Shown here one piece after another: positions 54,401 through 64,000 of a stretch of 64,000 bases of DNA. The notes beneath the pieces are model-generated. The model saw nothing but the letters and a program-made list of their open reading frames with translations, made no database searches and had not been told where the DNA came from. The position numbers and the translations under genes were made by a program. Within the stretch, counting starts at the first letter, position 1, and every line of letters begins with the position of its first letter. Source of the DNA: Camelus ferus (Eukaryota); the NCBI RefSeq assembly GCF_009834535.1, contig NC_045696.1:115508001-115572000 (forward strand), in the 5' to 3' direction.

Positions 54401-56158
54401 GATATCAAAGTAAAAAAAAAGGCAGCAGGATAAGAAACAAACAAAAATAAATCTACAAACATCCAGAAACGTCAAAAATGTCAACAGTAAGTCTATACTT
54501 CTCAATAATTACTTTAAATATAAACAGATTAAATTCTTCAATCAAAAGACATAGAACCCTAAATAGCCAAAGAAATCCTGAGAAAGAACAAAGCAGAAGG
54601 TAACACACGTTCTAATTTCAAACCATACTATAAAGCTATAGTAATCAGTACAGTATATTCTGTCATAAAGACTGGCAAATAGATTCATGGGATAGAATTG
54701 AGAGACCAGAGATAAACCCAACCATATGCGGTTAACTAATGTTTGATGAGGGTGCCAAGAATATTCAATGGAGACAAGAGTCTCTTCAACAAATGGTGCT
54801 GAGAAAACTAGATATTCACTTGTTAAGAAGAGAAATTAGACCCTTTCTTACAGCACTTACAAAAGTTAACTTGAAATGGATTAAAGATTTAAACTTATGA
54901 CTGAAAATCATGATACTGCTGGAAGAAAATGTACCAAAAAAAGCTCCTTGACGTGGGTCTTGGCAACTATGTTCTTGATATGACATGGAAAGTACATGCA
55001 ACAAAATCTAAATAAACAATTGGGACTACATGAAACTTTAAGCTTCTGCACAGCAAAAGAAATCACCAACCAAGTGAAAAGACAACTACAGAACGGGAGA
55101 GTGTATTTTCAAATCCTCATGATAAGGGGTTAATATCCAAAATATGTAAAGGACTCATTAAACTCGATAGCAAAAAACCCCAAATGATTTAATTTAAAAA
55201 TAGGCAAAATATTTGAATAAACATTCTTCCAAAGAAAGTATACAAGATATGAACAGGTGCATGAAAAAATGCTCAATATCACTAGTCATTCAGGATTTTC
55301 AAATTAATCCATGATGAGACAATGATAACAGAGATAAACTAGTCAGACTGCTATCATCAAAACAGCAAGAGATGACAAATACTGGGGAGGATGTGGAGAA
55401 AAGGGAACTCTAGTGCACTGCTGGTGGGACTGTAAATTGATGCAGTCACTATGGAAAGCAGTATGGAGGTTCCTCAAAAAATTAAAAATAGAACTACCAT
55501 AGGATCCAGCAATTCCACTTCTGGTGAAATACCCAAAGAAATAAAAGCACTAACTTGAAAAGATACAAGTACTCCCACTGCAGCATTCTTCACAGTAGCC
55601 AAGAAATACAAGCTACCTAAGTGTTCATCAACAGATGTGTGGATAAAGTTGTTACATGTACATATATATGACAACATGGATGGACCTTGAAAGCTAATGT
55701 GAGATAAATCAGATGGAGAAAGACATACCCTGTATGATTTCACATGTGGAATCTGGAAAAAAAAAAAAGACTCATAGAAAAAGAAATCATATTTGTGGTT
55801 AACGGAAGTGGGGGGTGGGGGGAAGGGTGGGTGGATTGGAGGAAGGTGGCTGAAAGGTACAGACTTCCAGTTACAAGGTACATTAGTACCACCGATGTAA
55901 TGTGCAGCATGATGACGCTAGTTAGAACTGCTGGATAACGTATATGTTAAGTTGTTAAGAGTAAATCCTCAGGGCTCTCATCACAAGGAAATTTTCTTTT
56001 TTTTGCTTTCTCTTTTTATTATATCTATATGGGACGATGGATGTTAACTAAATCTATTATAGTAATCATTTCACAATATTTGTAAGCAAATCATTATTCT
56101 GTACACCTTAAACTTATACAGCGATGTCTGTCTGTCTCTATATAACTGAAAAAAAATT
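51462..56158 (+). mobile_element. End-to-end L1 (5'UTR, decayed ORF1, ORF2 missing most of EN and all of RT, 3'UTR)
   Basis: YY1 site CAAGATGGC 51476-51484; ORF1 relic ~52950-54010; ORF2 ATG at 54478; TSD attaaaggca at 51452-51461 and 56159-56168. Confidence 0.92.
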
Positions 56159-56364
56159 ATTAAAGGCAAGAAAAAGACTAAAGACAGGAAGACAAAGTAG
56201 GGCAAATATTAGTCATTCAGGAGTGTGGTGCTGAGTGCTTGGACTAAGAATGAACGGAGTCAGAAAAGCCCATCCTTCGCACTGGGAAGCATGGTCATCA
56301 TCACTGCCATCTTTTTTCCCTCCTTCCTCCTCTGCTGCTCCTCGCTCTTCTCCTTTTCTTTCTT

Positions 56365-56570
56365 CACTCCAGTAACTGAGCATTCAGTACACACCAGATG
56401 CTGTGTTAAACCCTTTGCAACTATTACCTCTTGATTTGCAATCAATTTGGCTGGTTATGTTTATGCCTGTGCTTTAGTTGGGTAAACTGAAGCTTAGAGA
56501 GAAGTGCCTGGCCCAAGTCCCCCAGGGCGGAGCCAGGATTCCCGTCCAGGTCTGCCTGACACTGGAGCCC
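56365..56570 (-). mobile_element. MIR SINE
   Basis: gggtaaactgaagcttagagagaagtgcctggcccaagtcc...ggagccaggattc. Confidence 0.7.
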
Positions 56571-57279
56571 AAAGGCATGACTGAGGACTCATCATCAATC
56601 CAACACCCTGTGTAACGTGGGGTGCGCAGTCATTCCTTATTCTTATCTTCAGGTTTCCTTTATTTTTAAATCTTTGCTTACATTTAAAAGTAAAATATAC
56701 TCATTAAAAACAAAACAAAATAAAACAAAACAAAAAACACAGCACAAGGCAAACATTCTGTTCAGCGCTGTGCTCCACCCCCAGTCATCTTCTCTCCCTG
56801 GAGGCAACTGGTAAGATCAGTTTCAAGTGTAACTTTCCATACCTTCTTCAGTGCTGAAGGCAATCTTTGCTTCCTTAAGGATTTACCCTGCTTTGAATTC
56901 ATCTTGATACCTCAGTCAGACCCTGAATTTGCATCTTCACATTCCCTTGGGTATGGCTAGAGGAGTTGGAGGAGAAAACAGGATACTCGGAAAAGACGGC
57001 CTATGTGGTAGCTTAAATCTTTTAACAAAATTTGTCTTTTTTCTTCTCACCAAGTTTAATAAATGTAAACAAATGAATCCACCCTGTACACTCACTTAAA
57101 TTCAACAAAAACCTATTGAAAGCCTACCATTCAAGCACTGATGTTACAATACCTGTAAAGTCAGTCCCCGTCTTTAAGATGTACACAGTCTAGTAAGGGA
57201 GACAAGCATACAAAGAAAGGATTACAACCGATGGCATATGCACAATGAGAGAATAAAGCCCCTCTGAACTCAGATAAAC

Positions 57280-58388
57280 AGTATTCTAGTTTCTACTGCA
57301 CCATCACAAGCCAGCTCAGAACTCAGTGGCTTTAAACAATTCACCATTATCTCTTATAGTTTTGTGGTTGTGTGACTTCAAAAGGCAAAGACCCCAGTTC
57401 TTGTCATATCCGAAAGACAAGTTTGCAGTCGGGAGACCGTGTGTTGTGTAGTGAAAGATTTTAAAAGATTTATTTAAAAGGAAAGGAAAAGGACACCCCC
57501 AAGAATGGGAGGTGGGCTGATCCAAGGGAGAAAAGAGTGCAGTTTTTGTCTCCCCTTCCTCTTATACCGTCACTAAGAGGTGGTCTTTTGATTGATTGAC
57601 GGCTCTTGTCCCTGGGGTGCTGAGTCATGTTTGGGCCATTTGCGCATGTCCTAATCCATGATGTAAGCAGAGCAACCCATGGCAGGGTCGGGGGTAGTGC
57701 AGTGTTAATTATAATACAATGAACATTGATCGTGTCTGGTTAAGTCCTTTCTACTATCACGAAGTCATAGCTGTCGGGGTTAATCAGTTTTTTTGTTTGT
57801 TTGTTTGTTTGTTTGTTTTGCTGACACTCATTTAGAAGAAGTAAAGTCCCTTTATACTGGAAGTGGGCATAACACTATCTTCCGGACCATCCTGCCTCTC
57901 CTCCACCTGTCTGCCCAGTGCCCCACTTATCTAACTACCTAACGGTTGGGCTGGGCTCAGCTGGGCTCAGTAGCTCTTTCTTGGAGTCTTCTGTTTGGTT
58001 GCAGTCAGATTATGGCTGTAGCTGGAATCATCTGTTGACTCAACGAGGCCAGATGTCAAAGATGGCTTTTTCATCCCAGGTCTGGCATCTCAACTTCTTG
58101 GTTGTATACCTGTCCACCAGAGTAGCATAGACTTTACAAGGTGGTTCAAAGGTGTGAGAGGCAGGGAGTTGAACTGCCAGGCCAGTTAGGGTTGTGCCTA
58201 TGGGAATTTGCACCATTTCTGTTGTGTCCTATTGGTCAAAGAAGTCACAGGGCCTGCCCAGGTTCAAGGGAGCAGAAGAACAGACCCTACCTCTTGATGG
58301 AGGAGTAACAGTGGTAACATCCAAATGCAAAATTGCATATGCTGGCAGATAGTGTTACAGTCATCTTCAGAAAATGCAGCCTGCCACA
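57280..58388 (-). mobile_element. MLT1 LTR interrupted by an ERV1 LTR
   Basis: ctcagtggctttaaacaa...ttgtggttg stops at the insertion and resumes ggctgggctcagctgg...ctattggtcaaagaagtcacagggcctgcccaggttcaaggg...ctgccaca. Confidence 0.8.
57371..57944 (-). mobile_element. ERV1-type solo LTR
   Basis: 4-bp TSD gttg at 57367-57370 and 57945-57948; minus-strand AATAAA (tttatt near 57469) and TATA-like signal (cttata). Confidence 0.8.
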
Positions 58389-58829
58389 AACAGGACAGGA
58401 AATGGAAGAGTTAACTGTTTTGAGAAGAGACATCCTGAAAATGGCAAAACCTGAGCTACATTGTGAAGAATAAATCTTAGGTGAAGCATAGTCCAGACAT
58501 AGTAAGACATGTTGTCCAAATGCGTAGAGGGCTAAATCTCATGCTGAGTGTTGGGGAGAGTATACAGACATATACTTGCACAAGATTATAAAATAAAAGG
58601 CCAGAGCTGTGGCAAATGTGAGCGGGTAGGAAGACATGGATGAATAGTGAAGAATCTCGTCAGCTACATTCAAGTGATGGAGAATCTTTGAAGGGTTCCA
58701 AGTAAATGACCAATGGGATCATGTTTTCTTTAAAAAAAAAAAAAAAAAAAAGCTCATGCTAGTAGTAATGTGAATTAAAAAGTAAATGAATAAGAGAGCG
58801 AGAGTGGAGGCAGGTAAACTAGCAGAATG

Positions 58830-59215
58830 CTACTCTGGATTTGAAGTCAGTCTACCTAGGTTTGAACCCTGGCACTGGTTTTACTGTGTGAACTCATGCG
58901 GTTTACTTGGCCTCTCTTGTGTTTCTTTTACTTCTTGAAAAATGGACAAATATATACAGGTTTGTTAGAATGATTGCATGAACTAATCTAGATGAAGCGT
59001 TTAGAATAGTGCCTGGCATATGGAAAGGTAATATCTTCTGAATTTATTTTAAATTCATAAATCTCCAGGCTAAAGCAACTGGAGCTTTCCATGTACCTGC
59101 CACAGTATCTCATTTAATACCAGTAACAACCCAATGAGGTAGGTACCCTTATTAGCCTCTTTGAAAAATGAGGACACTGAGATAAAGAAGGTGATGTAAC
59201 TTTCCCAAGGTTAAA
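58830..59215. mobile_element. Two MIR copies in opposite orientation
   Basis: Plus: ctaggtttgaaccctggc...gcgtttagaatagtgcctggcata. Minus: tctcatttaatacc...aacccaatgaggtagg...atgaggacactgag. Confidence 0.75.
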
Positions 59216-59890
59216 CATTTGCAATGGGGACCAAATTTGGCAAAGAGAGAATGAAATCAGAAAAATGTGGGAACAGAATCACTGTTTTCCATTCTAGATT
59301 CTACATGTTCAAAACCGAGAATCTATCCATTCCTACTTAGATGAGGAAAGCATTTCTTTGCAATGATGATGATGGTTATTTTTTAAAACATTATCTCTCA
59401 ACCCCAAATTGCTTTAATTTTTCTCTGAGTATAAGGCTCACCAGTTGCTAGAAATTAAATTTATTCAGAACCACAAATCACCATTTGCTTAGACAGAGAG
59501 AACAATTCAACTTCTTCTCTGTTAGACAGAAAATAGCTGACAATTCAAGCTTGCAGGAAGCACCAGAGCTCGGGCTTGCCTCTTCCTCATTAGCGGCCAG
59601 ACAAAGTATTTCTGTGATTTGGCAATGTAGTTTCTCCTGTTCAGCTCACTCCGATGGCCAGGCAACTAACATAGCCCTCCTAGAAGACGCAGCCTGGAAC
59701 AGATGAATCAGAATGTGCAGATCTGAGTACAGAAATAATAGGTCACTTGAGAGTGTGACTTCCTTCAAGGCAATGCATTATCATTTTTCATTTCTTTTTT
59801 TCTTCAGCTGTTGTTTTGTATCCCGCCATGATGCAGAAGACACTTCGGTGAGAGCAGGAATAAAGCTTCAGGAGACATCTCTACTGGAAG

Positions 59891-60518
59891 TGTTAGAGCA
59901 GGCAGATAGCTAGATATGAGCAGAGAAAGGTGGACGCAGGCCAAATGGCAGGAAACCACACATCATGTAAGCACCAGGGGTCCCTGGGCAGAGAAAGAAA
60001 AGCAGAAACCTCTGGGCTGATAAGCAATCACATCTTTTGGGGTGACAAGTAGCCTGGAGACTGACAAAGAAAGGTGGGAAAAGGCAGAAATCTCCAGTGC
60101 CCAAATGTAACCTTTTGCTCATTATGCCCTCATTTCCATAAAATTAGCCTTGCAGATGAGAAGTGCCCATCGTGCACCGATGCCATGACACTTCCGATCC
60201 AGACTAAATAAGGACAAAAATCCCTTCTCCCTTTGGGAAGGTGGTGAAGGGATGGAAATCAGGAAATACAACCTCAAACTCTTCCCTCCCCAGTGGATGT
60301 CCCACCCATTCATTTTCGCACCCTGTGTAACATTGGTCACAACTTGCCAAAGAAACTCAGAGCAGCCACTCACCTGAACCTGCCTGCTCTCCCTTTCAGA
60401 GTGTCCTATCCATCCTTTAATAAATCCTTACTATACTTTCCTAACCTCTGCATCTTGTCTTTGAATTCTTTCTGGGACAGGACAAGAACCTGGACACTGG
60501 TTACATTTACCAGCAATA
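59891..60518 (+). mobile_element. ERV1-type solo LTR
   Basis: Starts tgttagag; AATAAA near 60419; tctttgaattctttctgggacaggacaagaacc; TSD gaag at 59887-59890 and 60519-60522. Confidence 0.8.
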
Positions 60519-60645
60519 GAAGGAAGGAAGGAGGGAGGGAGAGAGGAAGGGGAAGAAGGAAGGAAGGAAGGAAGGGAGGGAGGAAGGAGGGAGGGAGGAA
60601 GGGAGGGAGGGAGCGAGTAGGGAGGAGAGAAAAAGAAAAAGAAAA
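60519..60645. repeat. (GGAA/GGGA)n polypurine tract
   Basis: Directly visible. Confidence 0.9.
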
Positions 60646-63599
60646 CAGATGACCACCAGCATTCGGGAGGTAGACTTCTCTTTCTCTTTGGGGCATGTTT
60701 TGTGGGACCAGTTGAAATGATACGATCTGAAGCCTTTTGGGCGCTCATCAGGGAGCCCTGGCTGGAGGCGGACAGTTGTGAACTCCGTGGGAGGCACTAT
60801 GTGAGGGTCCCTTTAAATGTCCCGCTGCCGTGCAGAGCACTCACGCCCATTATCCACTGGAGAAGGAATCTGTGGGAAACTTGTCACCTTCCTTTCACTC
60901 AGCCTCCAACCAACCGTTTCATGACTTCTTTTACTTGACCGACATTGCACCCATAAGACTTAGCTGGAAGGCTGGTTTTCATTCAACACAGCTTGGAGAC
61001 CACTGGACTCAGGCTGGCTAAAAATTCTTCACGTGACCTAAAGAGGGGGGAGAGGAACGTTCCTTTTTCATTCTTTCCCTTTTCCTCCAATTTTATTCTA
61101 ACCAGATGGATCCCATGATCAGAAACCCGGAAAACTATGAAGTCAAACTGCACCTTTCCCCGTGACGGGACACTTACGGAGGAAGAGGCATTTCTCTGCT
61201 TTACTGTCTGGGGTTCCAGCTGGCCCCTGGGGAGGAAGCAGCCGTGTCGTCATGAGTAGGTTTGTCCTGAACGAGGTGGAGGCCCCGAGGCAGGATGAGA
61301 TGCCAAGGACTTTCTTTGGCCACATTCCCTTTCTTTAAAAAGCTTGGTTTTTCATAAATGACTCATGTCGGCCAAATTTAAAGGAAACGAAACCCTCCTC
61401 CTTCCCTGAAGTCAGGAGAATTGCATTACTTTAGGATGACTCAGAATTATGCTCATCACTTCTGGGGCCCCTCAGACCAAGAACCTGTGTTCTCAGCAAT
61501 GGAATCGGATTCCCGGTTTCGCTCTGTTTTACACTGTGTCCTAAGCCAGGCAAAATGTTGGGATCTCTCTCTTAGAGGTTGGGGCAGAGCAGATGGAGGG
61601 GCCAGGAGCCAAAAGAGCCACAGAAGAGATGACCTAACCAATTGGGGTGCAGTTCAGGGTCATGGTTTTAGCAGCGTTAAATATATGGGTTGTAGCGTTT
61701 TCATAAATAGGTTGAGGGACAAGGTTTAACGGAAGAGGTATTTATCTGTATTGATGCAAGAGACACCAAAGCCTGCTTGGTCTAGGTCCAGAGCAGGGGA
61801 AGAGAACTGGCAGTTAGGGGGGAAAAAAAAAGGCAAGGGAGAGGAGATCTTGTGGGGCCATGCTTAAGCTCAGATACAGTCCTGGTGGGAAACTGGAGGG
61901 GCCACTGGAAACCAGAGCAGACACTGGCTACCCACACCGAGTGACGTTTCAATAAGGAGTTGTGCACCTGGTGTTTATCTTACACTCAGGGCCAGATTCA
62001 CTTCCTTGACGCACAACGTGTGGAGACAACAGACTCTCAAACTCCCAGTCCAGGGCAGGGAGGTTGCACTAGTTACCTTGTTATCCCCTGGACCTAAGGT
62101 GGCGAAATGAGCCAATAGGCAGTGCAGACAAGAAGAGACAGACACAGACACCTAGATTAATTCTTCCAGAAGATTATAATGAAAACACGGGCCAAGGACT
62201 AGATTATCAATCCCTAGTTTTAAGGCTGGTAGTTACATTTGGAGCAGGAGACCTGTTTCAGAGCCCAAACATGTCTTCATTTGCTCTTCTGACAAATCCC
62301 AGTTTTACATTCTGCTGAGCAGAAATCCAAGGAGAAACATTTTAATCCTTCTGCCTAGGTTTTTGGTCAAGCACTGTCAGTTTTTATCACTGGTTTTAAG
62401 AGACCTACTCTGAAAAAACAAACTTTGAGAACTTCGTTGGAGAGTCTCACAGGGGATTCCAGGAAGTTGAGAGGGAGAAGGAGGAAAGATGCTTATGATG
62501 AAGGGTGCTCTCTACAGAAAGAACACCGTTTTCAGGAAAGCTGTCTGCGTGAGTCAGAGGAACTGACAGCATCACAGGGCCAGCCAGAGGCCCCCCCAGG
62601 CCTGGCGGTTGCTGGAGTGGTACCCAAGCACGCAGCCAGCTATTCTCACGGCCTTGCAGGTGGCTCAGCTTTCTCTGTCAGGTGAGCCTCGGAAACCAGG
62701 CCTCCTATGACTGGAGTGTGGGGGTGAGTGGGGTCACAGAGAGTAAGGTCACAGGCTCAAGGGACATAAGAAATGCCTTTTTCATCAGTGGGAAGCCCGC
62801 TGGGGCTTGAAAAACTGCAGCTTCATGCTGAGCATCCCAGGGTGCAACTCCTGGAGATGGGAAAGTTCTTTGGAAGTGAGGGGGCTTCAGAAAGGAGGTG
62901 AAGAGGCCACGCCACAGACATGATCAGTCATGACAAATGACCTCCGTCCCAAGGGACTAAAGGACTTGGAAACCATCCACACACATCTCTGCGGTCACGT
63001 GAAGTTTACATAGACCGTCCCTGAACACATTTATTCAAAAGGTATTTACTGGGCTCTTACAGTGAGCCTGGTTCAACTAATGAAAGCTATGAACCATACA
63101 GAGTCGTCAAGGTCAAATTCAGACACAAAAAACTTTTTCCTGATGTTCCACTGAGAATCCCGGTCTATGCCTTCAGTTTACTCTTGAACTGTGGATAAAA
63201 TTTAAACTCAGCCAAATTTCAGACTTTGGATTATGTCTTTTTGCAGAAAATGTCACCATTGCTTCAATTACTCCAAGGAATGTTCAGACATCCACCCCAC
63301 CCCCCAGAAGTCAGTTACAATCTGGACAATTTAAATATATGATGTGAATTATTTTTTCAAGAAAAAAGAAAATTTTCTTGAATGTCTCTGGCCCTCCTCT
63401 CTTCTGACCCTGAACATGATTTTTCACAAAATGTTATTGAGTACCTAGTATATGCTTAGTTAAAATAGTGAAAACTGTTTAAAATACAATTGTCTAAACT
63501 CTATTCCAGGAACAAGACATTCTATTTTCCAAGCCCTTGATTTCTTCTTCTTTATATTCACAAAGAATTCCGCAGCTTAAGAAATGTTTCAGTACATCC

Positions 63600-63745
63600 T
63601 CATCGTCATATTGTCGTGTGTGAATACTTAGCATGTACCGGACCAGGTCCTAATTATTTACGCACATTACTTCCCTGAAGCCACACAACCACCCCTTCAA
63701 TCGTTACTACTATTATATTCCCAATTTTCAGATGAAAATTAAAAA
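63600..63745 (-). mobile_element. MIR SINE
   Basis: cacacaaccacccc...ctattatattcccaattttcagatgaaaa. Confidence 0.6.
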
Positions 63746-64000
63746 TTTGAGCCCCAGAAAAGGACACAAAGACAATGAGACGTGGAGGTGGGGGAGCACA
63801 TCCAGCCCTCTTTTCAATCTCTTACAGTTTCCAGAAAATTACTGATTTATTTAGTCAGTAAACATACATCATGAGATTGATACTTGCTCACTTGGGGAGT
63901 TTTCCAGCCCTAAAGGGCTAACAGAAATCCCCTCTGGCTAAAGGTAAGCTTTGATTGACATAAAAACAAGTATTGAAGAAGAAAACCATTGCTTAACCAT

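Noticed and set aside
1..64000. ORFs of 60-144 aa in the supplied track as genes
   Set aside because: None resembles a protein I recognise except L1-derived fragments. Many fall in L1, L2, LTR or microsatellite sequence, and their lengths fit chance.

Overview
Mammalian non-coding DNA, AT-rich and CpG-depleted. It is most likely camelid, judged by a Vic-1-like tRNA-derived SINE and several copies of a young lineage-type L1 3' end. I recognise no protein-coding gene, RNA gene or CRISPR array; the ORF track is mostly chance ORFs inside repeats. Much of the window is transposon-derived: L1 of several ages, L2, MIR, MLT/ERVL LTRs, three ERV1-type solo LTRs, a degenerate gag-bearing ERV internal segment and hAT MITEs. 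The most unusual feature is a pair of related L1 elements (26456-28943 on - and 51462-56158 on +). Each keeps its 5' end, 3' end and target-site duplication (TSD) but has a large internal deletion; one deletion junction fits a GT-AG splice. Other points of interest are a templated inverted micro-insertion, a twin-primed micro-L1, candidate ARE/AP-1 and IR-1 enhancer clusters, and a speculative set of spliced exons. Repeat family names come from my recall of consensus sequences, not from a search, and boundaries without a stated TSD are approximate.
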